Source: Rugosimonospora sp. (GTDB taxonomy: Bacteria; Actinomycetota; Actinomycetes; Mycobacteriales; Micromonosporaceae). Taken from it: a stretch of 64,000 nt of DNA. The stretch covers positions 797 to 64,796 of the forward strand of contig DASXOA010000078.1 of the NCBI GenBank assembly GCA_036494675.1, read 5' to 3'. The notes beneath the pieces are model-generated. The model was not told the origin of the DNA. It made no database searches and saw nothing but the letters and a program-made list of their open reading frames with translations. This document shows, piece after piece, positions 42,720-55,066 of this stretch. Both the position numbers and the translations under genes were made by a program. How positions within the stretch are numbered: position 1 is the stretch's first letter; every line of letters begins with the position of its first letter.

Positions 42720-44501
42720 TTACAGGTACTGGCCGGTGTTGGTGACCGTGTCGATCGAGCGCCCGGAGTCGGTGCCCTTGCCTCCGGAGACCAGCGTGCG
42801 GATGTACACGATCCGCTCGCCCTTCTTGCCGGAGATCCGAGCCCAGTCGTCCGGGTTGGTGGTGTTGGGCAGGTCCTCGTTCTCCCGGAACTCGTCGACG
42901 CACGCGTCGAGCAGGTGCTGCAGGCGCAGCCCCTTGCGCGCCGAGGAGAGGAACTCCTTGATCGCCATCTTCTTCGCCCGGTCGACGATGTTCTGGATCA
43001 TGGCACCGGAGTTGAAGTCCTTGAAGTACAGGACCTCCTTGTCACCGTTGGCGTAGGTGACCTCCAGGAACCGGTTCTCCTCCGTCTCCGAGTACATCCG
43101 CAGCACCGCGGCCTCGATCATCGCGGCCACGCACGCCTTGACGTCGCCACCGTGCTCGGCCACGTCGTCCACGGACAACGGCAGGTCCGAGAGGATGTAC
43201 TTGCTGAAGATGTCCCGGGCAGCCTCGGCGTCCGGCCGCTCGATCTTGATTTTCACGTCGAGCCGGCCGGGGCGCAGGATGGCCGGGTCGATCATGTCCT
43301 CCCGGTTGGACGCGCCGATCACGATGACGTTCTCCAGGCCCTCCACGCCGTCGATCTCGGAGAGCAGCTGGGGAACGATCGTGTTCTCCACGTCGGAGGA
43401 GACACCGGAGCCGCGGGTCCGGAAGACCGAGTCCATCTCGTCGAAGAACACGATCACCGGGGTACCCTCGCCGGCCTTCTCCCGTGCACGCTGGAAGATC
43501 AGCCGGATGTGGCGCTCGGTCTCGCCCACGTACTTGTTGAGCAGTTCGGGCCCCTTGATGTTGAGGAAGTAGCTGGTGTGCTTCTCCTCGCCACGCCGCT
43601 CGGCGATCTTCTTGGCCAGCGAGTTGGCCACCGCCTTCGCGATCAGGGTCTTGCCGCAGCCGGGCGGACCGTAGAGCAGCACGCCCTTGGGCGGACGCAA
43701 CTGGTGCTCACGGAACAGGTCGGCGTGCAGGAACGGCAACTCGACGGCGTCGCGGATCTGCTCGATCTGGGAGTGCAGGCCGCCGATGTCCTCGTACCCG
43801 ACGTCCGGCACCTCCTCCAGGACCAGTTCCTCGACCTCGCTCTTGGGCACCCGCTCGTACGCATAGGCGGAACGCGGCTCGATGAGCAGCGAGTCGCCGG
43901 AGCGCAGAGCCGCCACGTTGAGGCTCTCCGCCAGGTGCACCACCCGCTCCTCGTCGGCGTGCGAGATGACCAGGGCGCGGTCGGGCTTGCCGTCGATCAG
44001 GCTGTCCAGGACTTCCTTGAGCATGACCACCTCGCCGGCGCGCTCGAATCCGAACGCGTCGACGATGTTCAGTGCGTCGTTGAGCAGGACTTCCTGGCCT
44101 CGGCGCAGATCTTCCGCCTGCAGCGCCGGCGAAACCGCCACCCGCAGCTTGCGACCGCCGGTGAACACGTCCACCGTGCCGTCCTCGTGCCTCCCGAGGA
44201 ACACGCCGTAGCCGCTGGGCGGCTGGGCGAGCCGGTCAATCTCCTCCTTGAGGGTCACGATCTGGGCACGCGCCTCCTTGAGCGTGGCCACCAGCCGCTC
44301 GTTGTTCTCGGTCAGCCGGGCCAGCTGTGCCTGAGTCGCGGCGAGCCGCTCCTCCAACTGGCGCACATGCCTCGGGCTCTCGGTCAGCTTGCGCCGCACC
44401 AGAGCGAGTTCCTCCTGCAGGAACGCGACCTGGGTCGAGAGATCGTGGGCCTCCTTCTCCCAACGGGCGGCGCGGGTCTCCGCGTCGTCACTACGTGCCA
44501 C
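42720..44501 (-). CDS. arc: Proteasome-associated AAA ATPase ARC/Mpa
   Basis: 593 aa. N-terminal coiled coil, Walker A GPPGCGKT, and the C-terminal GQYL proteasome-docking motif. Confidence 0.95.
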   Translation of the reverse strand: MARSDDAETRAARWEKEAHDLSTQVAFLQEELALVRRKLTESPRHVRQLEERLAATQAQLARLTENNERLVATLKEARAQIVTLKEEIDRLAQPPSGYGVFLGRHEDGTVDVFTGGRKLRVAVSPALQAEDLRRGQEVLLNDALNIVDAFGFERAGEVVMLKEVLDSLIDGKPDRALVISHADEERVVHLAESLNVAALRSGDSLLIEPRSAYAYERVPKSEVEELVLEEVPDVGYEDIGGLHSQIEQIRDAVELPFLHADLFREHQLRPPKGVLLYGPPGCGKTLIAKAVANSLAKKIAERRGEEKHTSYFLNIKGPELLNKYVGETERHIRLIFQRAREKAGEGTPVIVFFDEMDSVFRTRGSGVSSDVENTIVPQLLSEIDGVEGLENVIVIGASNREDMIDPAILRPGRLDVKIKIERPDAEAARDIFSKYILSDLPLSVDDVAEHGGDVKACVAAMIEAAVLRMYSETEENRFLEVTYANGDKEVLYFKDFNSGAMIQNIVDRAKKMAIKEFLSSARKGLRLQHLLDACVDEFRENEDLPNTTNPDDWARISGKKGERIVYIRTLVSGGKGTDSGRSIDTVTNTGQYL

Positions 44502-44648
44502 GTCCCACCTCCCCGGGGGCTCGAACGTTGTGGTCTAACACTAACCGCTGATCGCCTCTGTTCGCCCCTACCGGCTGGGCCGTCACAGACTCTTATTGTT
44601 CCGGGTACCTTCAGGGTGACGTTCGCGGCATTTTGCGGGAGGTTCGGC

Positions 44649-44939
44649 GTGTCGGTCGATACCGATCGGTTAGGCGTATGGGTCGACCAGGATCTGTGCA
44701 CGGGGGACGGCCTGTGTGTGCAGTATGCGCCGGAGGTCTTCGAATTCGACGTGGACGGGCTGGCCTACGTCAAGGATGGCAGCGGCACCCTGCGGACGTC
44801 TGCCGGAAGCCGGGTTGACGTGCCCTGGAACCTCCGGCTGGAGGTGCTCGACGCGGCCACCGAGTGCCCCGGAGACTGCATCCACGTGGTGCGTACCTCG
44901 GACGGCCGCGAGGTCGCCGGCCCGGACGCCGAGGACTAA
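44649..44939 (+). CDS. Single-cluster ferredoxin
   Basis: GTG 44649. 96 aa. CTGDGLC...ECPGDC Cys pattern. Divergent from arc. Confidence 0.7.
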   Translation: MSVDTDRLGVWVDQDLCTGDGLCVQYAPEVFEFDVDGLAYVKDGSGTLRTSAGSRVDVPWNLRLEVLDAATECPGDCIHVVRTSDGREVAGPDAED

Positions 44940-44972
44940 GGCCGCGTACGGGCAGGCAGGCCCCGTTCACGG

Positions 44973-45551
44973 CTAAATCGGACGACCGACGAGGGACGCC
45001 ACCAGGCGGGCGAACTCCTCCAGGCGCGCGATCTGCCCGGCTCCCCCATCGTCGAGGGTCTTGCCGAAGCGCAGCGCGTCGTGCCGGATCAGGGTGCTGG
45101 CCTCCTCGCTGGAGACCGTGCCGAGGCCGGCCTCGTCCAGCGAGCTGAGCAGCAGGTACACGTCGACGCTGTCCACCCGGACCGGGCCGGCGCCACCACG
45201 GGTCAGCCGCCGCCGGCAGCCCACCTCGGTGACCGCGGACAGCGGTACCACCCGCAGCGAGGACGTCATCGAGCCCGGCGGGCCCTCGCTGGGCGGCACG
45301 TCCTCGCCGTGCCACAGCACCAGCCGGGTGCCGTCGCAGACCACGACCTCCTGCCAGACCCCGTTGACCTCGTTGACGAACCGTTCGAGGGTGAAGCCGA
45401 GGACGGTCGCGCCGCGCAGCACCCCGCCCAGCGCCTCCAGGGCCACCTCCGGATCGCGGAGGTAGGCCCGGGCCGCGGACTCCAGGTCGGGATAGGGCGA
45501 CCAGTCGGGGAAGACGGCGGGCAGATCGTTGAACACGGGACCGGAGGTCAT
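44973..45551 (-). CDS. Conserved hypothetical protein
   Basis: ATG 45551 gives MTSGPVFNDLPAVFPDWSPYPDLESAARAYLRDPE... (192 aa). The part of ORF 44973..45830 upstream of this ATG is Arg-rich junk. Confidence 0.5.
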   Translation of the reverse strand: MTSGPVFNDLPAVFPDWSPYPDLESAARAYLRDPEVALEALGGVLRGATVLGFTLERFVNEVNGVWQEVVVCDGTRLVLWHGEDVPPSEGPPGSMTSSLRVVPLSAVTEVGCRRRLTRGGAGPVRVDSVDVYLLLSSLDEAGLGTVSSEEASTLIRHDALRFGKTLDDGGAGQIARLEEFARLVASLVGRPI

Positions 45552-45636
45552 GCGGCGGCCTCGCTCTCGGGCGTACCCGGGCGGCCGGGTAGGGGGATCC
45601 GGGCACGTCCCGGCAGGGGGATCCGGACGCGGCCGG

Positions 45637-47958
<2,322 letters not shown>

Positions 47959-48051
47959 CTACGGACTCACCGCGACACGCACTCAGCCGCGGCACGCGGT
48001 GGCCGCGGGGCCGCCCCGATTTCGTCGTACTCCTGCCCTAGCCTGTGTGCC

Positions 48052-49134
48052 ATGACGGTGCAGGCGGCGACGACGGATCCGGGCCAGGCATTGACCGCAC
48101 CACCCGACGGCACCCCACCACCTGACGGGATCCCGGAGGCGCCACAGCCCCGCCGGCCCTCGCTGTCCCCCTCCCGGGCGGCCGACTTCAAGACGTGTCC
48201 CCTGCTGTACCGGTTCCGGTCGATCGACCGGCTTCCCGAACGCCCGACGCCGGACCAGTTGCGGGGCACCCTGGTGCACTCGGTGCTGGAGCGGCTGTTC
48301 GATCTGCCGGCCGGGCAGCGCACCCCGCAGCGGGCCGTCGAGCTGGTCGAGCCGCAGTGGCGGCGGATGGTCGAGGAGCAGGCCGACCTGCTGGAGGTGT
48401 TCATCGCGACCCCTCCGGCGGCCGCCTCCGCCTCCGGCGGGCCTTCGGAGGGCGGCGAGCCAACCATGCCCGGAGCCGCCGCGTCCGGAGCCGCCGCGCC
48501 GGAAGCTGCCGTGCCCGCGGCCGCGGCGCCCGACCCCCGGACCGCCGGGCCCCGGACCGTGGCCATGACCTCGGACGAGTTTCTGGACGCGGCCAGGGAC
48601 CTGCTCGGGGGGTACTTCGCCGTCGAAGATCCGCGCCGGTTGTCGCCTGCCGAGCGGGAGTGCCTGGTCAGCGTCGAGGTCGACGACGGCCGGCTGCTGC
48701 TGCGGGGGTACATCGACCGGCTCGACATCTCCCCGGCCGGCGACCTGCGGGTGGTCGACTACAAGACCGGTGGCGCGCCGCGCGAGGCGTTCGAGGCGCG
48801 CGCGCTGTTCCAGCTCAAGTTCTACGCGCTCGTGCTGTGGCGCACCCGCGGCGTCGTGCCGAGGGTGCTGCGCCTGCTCTATCTCAAGGACGCCGAGGTG
48901 TGCGACTACACGCCCGAGGTCGACGAGCTGGATCGGTTCGAGCGCACGCTGATCGCGCTGTGGAAGGCGATCGATCGTGCCACCGCCGATCGCGACTTCC
49001 GGCCCAAGCCGAGCCGGCTGTGCGGCTGGTGCGCGCACCAGGCTCTCTGTCCGGCGTTCGGCGGCACCCCGCCGCCGTTCCCGGAGCTCGTCGCGGCCGC
49101 GCCCGCGGAGGCGCCGGACCCGATGGACGAGTGA
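48052..49134 (+). CDS. RecB-family (PD-(D/E)XK) nuclease-like protein
   Basis: ATG 48052. Contains SPSRAADFKTCPLLYRF, GYIDRLD...VVDYKTG, QLKFYAL, and a C-terminal CGWCAHQALC cluster. An Ala/Pro/Gly low-complexity insert of about 55 aa is present. Confidence 0.7.
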   Translation: MTVQAATTDPGQALTAPPDGTPPPDGIPEAPQPRRPSLSPSRAADFKTCPLLYRFRSIDRLPERPTPDQLRGTLVHSVLERLFDLPAGQRTPQRAVELVEPQWRRMVEEQADLLEVFIATPPAAASASGGPSEGGEPTMPGAAASGAAAPEAAVPAAAAPDPRTAGPRTVAMTSDEFLDAARDLLGGYFAVEDPRRLSPAERECLVSVEVDDGRLLLRGYIDRLDISPAGDLRVVDYKTGGAPREAFEARALFQLKFYALVLWRTRGVVPRVLRLLYLKDAEVCDYTPEVDELDRFERTLIALWKAIDRATADRDFRPKPSRLCGWCAHQALCPAFGGTPPPFPELVAAAPAEAPDPMDE

Positions 49135-49137
49135 CCC

Positions 49138-49842
49138 GTGGCGACCCGCCGGCCGGTGCGACTTCTGATCGCCGACGACCAACCGCTGCAGCGCACCGGA
49201 CTGCGTACCGTCCTGAGCGTCCACGGCGACCTGCACGTGGTCGGCGAGGCGGGTGACGGGCTCGCCGCGGTCGAGTTGGCCCGGCGGCTGCTGCCCGACG
49301 TGGTCCTGATGGACGTCAGGATGCCGCGCCTGGACGGCATCGCGGCCACCCGCGCGATCGTCGCCGCCGCGCTGCCCGTCCGGGTGCTCATCCTGACCAG
49401 CTTCGACCTCGACGACCACGTGGTCGGCGCGTTGCGCGCCGGAGCCCGCGGCTTCCTGGCCAAGGACGTCGCCACCGAAGATCTGGTCGCCGCCATCCAC
49501 GCCGTCGCGGCCGGCGACGCGGTGCTCGCGCCGCCGGTGCTGGGCCGCCTGCTGGACCGCTTCGGGGCGTCGCTGCCCGACCCGTCCCCGCGGGTGCCGG
49601 CGAGCCTCACCGCACTGACCGACCGGGAGCGGGAGGTGCTCGTCGAGGTCGCGCGCGGGCGGACCAACACCGAGATCGCCGCACGGCTGTCGGTCAGCGA
49701 GACCACGGTCAAGACGCACGTCGCGCACGTGCTGGGCAAGCTCGGCCTGCGCGACCGCGTCCAGGCCGTGGTGCTGGCCTACGAGTGCGGGCTGGTGCGG
49801 CCGGGCAGCGACGCGGTCACGCCGGCTCGGGGACAACCCTGA
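49138..49842 (+). CDS. NarL/LuxR-family response regulator
   Basis: VRLLIADDQPLQRTGL...DVVLMDVRMPRLDG receiver domain plus a LTDREREVLVEVARGRTNTEIAARLSVSETTVKTHV HTH domain. Confidence 0.9.
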   Translation: MATRRPVRLLIADDQPLQRTGLRTVLSVHGDLHVVGEAGDGLAAVELARRLLPDVVLMDVRMPRLDGIAATRAIVAAALPVRVLILTSFDLDDHVVGALRAGARGFLAKDVATEDLVAAIHAVAAGDAVLAPPVLGRLLDRFGASLPDPSPRVPASLTALTDREREVLVEVARGRTNTEIAARLSVSETTVKTHVAHVLGKLGLRDRVQAVVLAYECGLVRPGSDAVTPARGQP

Positions 49843-49989
49843 CGCCGGGTGGGGGCTGACCCCCACCTGGAAATCCGCCCCGGTTACACCCGTGGACGGA
49901 GGTTGGCCGCCGATCGTGCCCCGAGGATGGATTGTGCCGGCCGGGTAATCGCCCGGCCGGTCCAGAAACCTCGGGAGGATTCGGTGACA

Positions 49990-50772
49990 ATGACGCCGGC
50001 AACCACGACGGCATCGACGACGGGGGTCGCCGCCCGCGCCGCCGGCGTGTGGAAGGTCTACGGCTCCGGCGAGGCTCAGGTCGTCGCGCTGCGCTCGATC
50101 AGTGTCGAGCTGCGCCGCGGCCAGTTCACCGCCATCATGGGGCCCTCCGGCTCCGGCAAGTCCACGCTGATGCACTGCCTGGCCGGTCTGGACACGGTGA
50201 CCCGCGGCGAGGTGTTCATCGGTGCCACCCAACTGAATGGGCTCTCCGACGCCGGCCTGACCAGGCTGCGCCGCGACCAGGTGGGCTTCATCTTCCAGCA
50301 GTTCAACCTGCTGCCCACACTCAGCGCCGAAGAGAACATCCTGCTGCCGCTGTCGATCGCCGGACGCCGGCCCGACCGCGCGTGGTACGACACCGTGATC
50401 GACACGGTGGGCCTGCGCGACCGGCTGAGCCACCGCCCCAGCCAGCTCTCCGGCGGCCAGCAGCAGCGGGTCGCCTGCGCCCGGGCCTTGGTGTCCCGGC
50501 CGGAGGTCGTCTTCGCCGACGAGCCCACCGGGAACCTGGACTCCCGCTCCGGCGCCGAGGTGCTCGGCTTCCTGCGCCGCTCGGTACGCGACTTCGACCA
50601 GACCATCGTCATGGTCACCCACGACCCGAACGCCGCCTCGTACGCCGACCGGGTCGTCTTCCTCGCCGACGGCGAGGTCGTGACCGAACTGCGCGAGCCG
50701 ACACCCGACGCGGTCCTGGAGACCATGAAGCGCATCGACGTCTTGGCCGCCAACCGGGGCGGGGACGCCTGA
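49990..50772 (+). CDS. ABC transporter ATP-binding protein (MacB/FtsE-like)
   Basis: Walker A GPSGSGKST, signature LSGGQQQR, Walker B VVFADEPTGNLD. The start is ATG 49990 or GTG 49984. Confidence 0.9.
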   Translation: MTPATTTASTTGVAARAAGVWKVYGSGEAQVVALRSISVELRRGQFTAIMGPSGSGKSTLMHCLAGLDTVTRGEVFIGATQLNGLSDAGLTRLRRDQVGFIFQQFNLLPTLSAEENILLPLSIAGRRPDRAWYDTVIDTVGLRDRLSHRPSQLSGGQQQRVACARALVSRPEVVFADEPTGNLDSRSGAEVLGFLRRSVRDFDQTIVMVTHDPNAASYADRVVFLADGEVVTELREPTPDAVLETMKRIDVLAANRGGDA

Positions 50773-53321
50773 TGCTGCGCGCCACGTTCAAGAGCCTGAT
50801 GTCGCGCAAGCTGCGGCTCGTCCTGTCCGGCCTCGCCGTGGTGCTCGGCGTGATGTTCGTCGCCGGGGCATTCGTGCTCACCGATACGCTGGGCCGCTCG
50901 TTCACCAGCCTGTTCCAGACCGCGTACGCACACACCGACGTGCAGGTGGCCGCGAAGTCGAAGCTCGGCACGGGCGTCGGCAACGACCAGGGCGTGGCGA
51001 GCCTGCCCGCCTCGCTGGTCGACACGATCGGGCGGGTACCCGGGGTGGCGTCCGCGACCGGTCAGGTGCAGGTCGACGGCGCCCGGGTGATCGGGCCCGA
51101 CGGCAAGGTGGTCACCACGTACGGCGCTCCCCAGTTCGGCATGAACTGGACCGGCGGCGGGACCGCGCAACTGGAGCCGGGGAGCCGGGCGCCGGCGGCC
51201 GACAACGAGATCGTGGTCAACGCCGGGCTGGCCAAGGCGGCCGACCTCAAGGTCGGTGACCAGGTCGGCGTGCTCACGCTCCAGCCGAAGAAGACGTTCA
51301 CCCTGGTCGGCATCTTCGGCTTCAGCGGGGGCCGCGACTCGCTCGGCGGCGAGCAGAGTGTGGCCTTCACCACACCGGTCGCGCAACAGCTCATGCTCGG
51401 CACGCCGGGCGCGTACTCCGACGTCGACGTGCGGGCCGGCCCCGGCGTGGACGACGTGGCCCTGCGTGACCGGGTCCAGGCGGCCGTCGGCGGTGACTAC
51501 CAGGTCGAGACGGGCAAGCAGCTGGCCAAGGACGCGTCCGCGGGCTTCCAGAAGGCCCTGTCGTTCTTCAACTACGTGCTGCTCGGCTTCGCCGGCGTGG
51601 CGCTGTTCGTCGGCATCTTCCTGATCCTGAACACCTTCTCCATCATCGTGGCGCAGCGCGTCCGCGAACTCGCGCTGATGCGGGCGCTGGGCGCCAGCCG
51701 GCGCCAGATCATCAACTCGGTGATGCTGGAGGCGCTGGTCATCGGGTTCGTGGCCTCGGTACTGGGACTGGGCGCCGGGATCGGGGTCGGGGCACTGCTG
51801 GCGTACGTGTTCGCCAGCGTCGGTGCGAGCGGCCTGCACCTGGCCGGGATCGGGGTACCCGCCTCGGCGGTGATCGCGTCCTTCGCGGTCGGCATCCTGA
51901 TCACCCTCGTCGCGGCGACGCTCCCCGCCCTGCGGGCCTCCCGGGTGGCACCGATCGCGGCGCTGCGCGAGGCCGCCGCCACTGACCGCCCGCTGACCCG
52001 GATCACCGTCACCGGCGGCGTGGTCACCGCGGTCGGCGCCGGCGTGCTGGCGTTCGGGCTGACCGGCAACGGCGGCGACGCGACGCTCTGGGCGATCCTC
52101 GGCGGCGTACTGGTCTCGTTCGTCGGCGTCGCCCTGCTCACGCCGCTGATCAGCCGCCCGGTGGTGTCCGCGCTCGGCCGGCTGTTCGCCTGGTCGGTGC
52201 CGGGTCAGCTGGGTCGGCGCAACTCCGCCCGCAACCCCCGCCGGACCGCCATCACGGCCGCCGCGCTGATGGTCGGGCTCGCCCTGATCACCGGGGTCAA
52301 CGTCGTCCTGAGCTCGGCGACCGCGAGCATCCACCAGGTCGCCGACACCCAGGTCAGCGTCGATCTGATCATCTCCGGCGGCCAGAACTCGCCGATCGCG
52401 CCCACCTTCGACCGGTCGGTACTGGACAAGGTGCGCTCGACCCCTGGGGTGGCGCAGGTGGCCGGCTTCTACGGCGACCAGGCGCGCATCGACGGCAAGG
52501 ACACGTCCATCAACGCGCTGGACACCCCGGCCGCGCTGCACGACATGTTCGGCCTGACCGCCGACTCGGGAACGATCGACGCGCTCGGCGCCGGGCAGCT
52601 GATCCTGGATCGCAAGCAGGCCGACTCGCTGGGCGTCCACGTGGGTAGCCGGGTGCCGGTGCAGCTCACCCGGGGTGGGGTGCGTACCTTCACGATCGCC
52701 GGCATCTACGCCAACAGCGACGTGTACGACGGCTGGGTCATGTCGGCCGCGGACCTGTCCGGGTTCCGGACGGCCGAGCCGGAGCAGGCGATGATCAAGC
52801 TGGCCCCGGGAGCGGACGCCACCACGGTCAAGACGGCCGTGAACGACCTGCTGCGGGACAGTCCCGAGGTCAACGTCGCGGACCGTACCGAGTTCGTCGA
52901 TCAGCAGACGTCGCAGTTCAACAGCATCCTCACGATGATCCAGATCCTGCTGGCCCTGGCCATCCTCATCGCGGTCCTCGGGATCATCAACACCCTGGCG
53001 CTGTCGGTGCTGGAGCGGACCCGGGAACTCGGCCTGCTGCGGGCGATCGGGCTGCGCCGGGCGCAGGCGATGCGGATGGTCACGGTGGAGGCGGTGGTCA
53101 TCTCGGTGTTCGGCGCGCTGCTCGGCCTGGCGGTAGGCAGCGGGCTGGGCGCCGCGGTGGTCCGGGCACTGCGCGACCAGGGCTTCACCGTCATGGCGTT
53201 CCCCTGGGCCCGGATGGGGCTGTACCTGGTCCTGGCCGCGATCGTCGGGGTGGTCGCCGCGATCCTGCCGGCGATCCGGGCGGCCCGGGTCAATGTCCTG
53301 GCGGCAATCGCCTACGAGTAG
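50772..53321 (+). CDS. ABC transporter permease with duplicated FtsX/MacB-type domains
   Basis: 849 aa. ATG 50772 overlaps the ATPase stop codon. Two FtsX-like 4-TM modules, each preceded by a large extracytoplasmic domain. Confidence 0.85.
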   Translation: MLRATFKSLMSRKLRLVLSGLAVVLGVMFVAGAFVLTDTLGRSFTSLFQTAYAHTDVQVAAKSKLGTGVGNDQGVASLPASLVDTIGRVPGVASATGQVQVDGARVIGPDGKVVTTYGAPQFGMNWTGGGTAQLEPGSRAPAADNEIVVNAGLAKAADLKVGDQVGVLTLQPKKTFTLVGIFGFSGGRDSLGGEQSVAFTTPVAQQLMLGTPGAYSDVDVRAGPGVDDVALRDRVQAAVGGDYQVETGKQLAKDASAGFQKALSFFNYVLLGFAGVALFVGIFLILNTFSIIVAQRVRELALMRALGASRRQIINSVMLEALVIGFVASVLGLGAGIGVGALLAYVFASVGASGLHLAGIGVPASAVIASFAVGILITLVAATLPALRASRVAPIAALREAAATDRPLTRITVTGGVVTAVGAGVLAFGLTGNGGDATLWAILGGVLVSFVGVALLTPLISRPVVSALGRLFAWSVPGQLGRRNSARNPRRTAITAAALMVGLALITGVNVVLSSATASIHQVADTQVSVDLIISGGQNSPIAPTFDRSVLDKVRSTPGVAQVAGFYGDQARIDGKDTSINALDTPAALHDMFGLTADSGTIDALGAGQLILDRKQADSLGVHVGSRVPVQLTRGGVRTFTIAGIYANSDVYDGWVMSAADLSGFRTAEPEQAMIKLAPGADATTVKTAVNDLLRDSPEVNVADRTEFVDQQTSQFNSILTMIQILLALAILIAVLGIINTLALSVLERTRELGLLRAIGLRRAQAMRMVTVEAVVISVFGALLGLAVGSGLGAAVVRALRDQGFTVMAFPWARMGLYLVLAAIVGVVAAILPAIRAARVNVLAAIAYE

Positions 53322-53352
53322 CGCGGCGGTTCACGCACAGCGGGGGGAAGGC

Positions 53353-53391
53353 GCGGTCCGGTACGCACCGACGGGGGGTGTACCGGGCCGC
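53353..53391. terminator. Hairpin at the convergent permease/HAD junction
   Basis: gcggtccggtac - 15 nt - gtaccgggccgc. A 12-bp stem with one mismatch. Confidence 0.4.
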
Positions 53392-53397
53392 GTCGTG

Positions 53398-54069
53398 TCA
53401 GCTCGCGCGGCTGACCATGCGGCGCAGGAACGCCAGGTCGACCTCGGCCAGGCTGTCCACCAGCGACACTCCGTCGAGGGTCGACAGGTCGACCTCACAC
53501 GGCACGGCCAGCACCGCGGCGCCGGCCGCCCGGGCGCTGGCCACCCCGGTGGGCGAGTCCTCGATCGCCACGCATTGGCGCACGTCCACGCCGAGCAGTG
53601 CCGCGGCGGTCAGGTACGGCAGCGGATGCGGCTTGGTCTCGTCGACCTCGTCGCCGCACACGACGGCCCCGAAGTGCCGGCGGCCGATCGTCTCCAGCGC
53701 CACGTCGACCAGGTGTCGCCGGGTCGCGGTCACCAGCGCCATCGGTGTCCCGGCGCTGTACAGAGCGGCCAGCAGCTCAGCGGCGCCGGGGCGGAACACC
53801 AGCCCGTCCACGAACAGCTCCTTGACCCGCGCCTCCAGCCACTGCGTGCTGGCCTGCGGATCGCGCCACGGCTGCCCGATGTCGTCATGCAGGATGGTCA
53901 TCGACTCGATCATGCTGGTGCCGACCATCCGGGCGCGCGCCTGCGCGGAGAGCATCCCGCCGTAGCGCTGGGCCAGCTCGGTCAGCCCGACGTCCCACAC
54001 CTTCTCGCTGTCCACGAGGGTGCCGTCCATGTCGAAGAGGACGGCGGCAAGGGGATCGGTGCCGGTCAT
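53398..54069 (-). CDS. HAD-superfamily hydrolase (phosphatase-like)
   Basis: ATG 54069. AVLFDMDGTLVDSE motif I, VTAT motif II, and a DSPTG motif. Confidence 0.8.
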   Translation of the reverse strand: MTGTDPLAAVLFDMDGTLVDSEKVWDVGLTELAQRYGGMLSAQARARMVGTSMIESMTILHDDIGQPWRDPQASTQWLEARVKELFVDGLVFRPGAAELLAALYSAGTPMALVTATRRHLVDVALETIGRRHFGAVVCGDEVDETKPHPLPYLTAAALLGVDVRQCVAIEDSPTGVASARAAGAAVLAVPCEVDLSTLDGVSLVDSLAEVDLAFLRRMVSRAS

Positions 54070-54193
54070 GATCACAATCTTAGCCCGGTGCGGACCCGGA
54101 CGGCGGACGCTGTGACGCAGGTAGCCCCGCGCCGGCGGGCCGCGGGTGCGTGCCCGGGTTGTCCGGCCGCGCACCGACCCATAGGGTGGGCCG

Positions 54194-54631
54194 ATGCTCA
54201 GGGGATTCAAAGACTTCATCATGCGCGGCAATGTCGTCGACCTGGCGGTCGGCATCGTCATCGGTGCCGCGTTCACCGGGCTGGTGACCCAGTTCACCGA
54301 CTCCTTCCTCAAGCCTCTGATCCAGTTGGTCGGCGGCAGCACCACGGGACACCAGGGTGCGCAGAAGACCATTGACGGCGCGAGGTTCGACTACGGCTCA
54401 TTCATCAACGCCGCGATCACCTTCGTGCTCACCGCCGCCGTGCTGTACTTCCTCGTCGTGTTCCCGATGAACAAGCTGGCCGAGCGGCGCCGGCGTGGCC
54501 AGGAGCCCCCGCCCGCGGCGCCCTCCGAGGAGGTCCGGCTGCTGACCGACATCCGCGACGCCCTAGTCACCCAGCAGGGGCCGGGACGCCCCCGTACCCC
54601 CCTGGATCCGCCGGCTCGACCCTGGTCGTAA
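54194..54631 (+). CDS. mscL: Large-conductance mechanosensitive channel
   Basis: MLRGFKDFIMRGNVVDLAVGIVIGAAFTGLV...FINAAITFVLTAAVLYFLVV. Canonical MscL. Confidence 0.9.
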   Translation: MLRGFKDFIMRGNVVDLAVGIVIGAAFTGLVTQFTDSFLKPLIQLVGGSTTGHQGAQKTIDGARFDYGSFINAAITFVLTAAVLYFLVVFPMNKLAERRRRGQEPPPAAPSEEVRLLTDIRDALVTQQGPGRPRTPLDPPARPWS

Positions 54632-54666
54632 CCCTGTCGATCGGTACCGTGACGCCCCGGCCGGGA

Positions 54667-54912
54667 TCAGTGATGGTGGTTCACGGCGCCGACCATGCAC
54701 GCGAACACGACCACGACCAGCGCGACTCCGACCCCGATCCAGGCCATCGTGGTGCGGGTGGCGGCGCGCGCGTCCCGCTCGTACTGCTTGGCCATCGTCC
54801 TGGCCTTGCCACGGTCCGCCCAGCCGCGCCGGGCGACGGCGTAGGTGAATCCCACCGGCGCTCCGATGAGGAGGCCGAGGGACAGTCCGCCCATTGCCGT
54901 CACTGCCGACAC
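54667..54912 (-). CDS. Small two-TM hypothetical protein
   Basis: 81 aa with two hydrophobic helices and a terminal HHH. Confidence 0.4.
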   Translation of the reverse strand: MSAVTAMGGLSLGLLIGAPVGFTYAVARRGWADRGKARTMAKQYERDARAATRTTMAWIGVGVALVVVVFACMVGAVNHHH

Positions 54913-55066
54913 AGGACGGAAGTCTGGCCGCGGGCATCGATCACGGACTGTCGCTCAGGCGACTCAAGCAGGGCATTCGAGCCGCTTGAGCCGGCACTGG
55001 GGCCACGAATACGACGGGGCATCGATAGTACGTACCAGCCGGGGTCGGCCGTGCGGCCCGGGGCGT

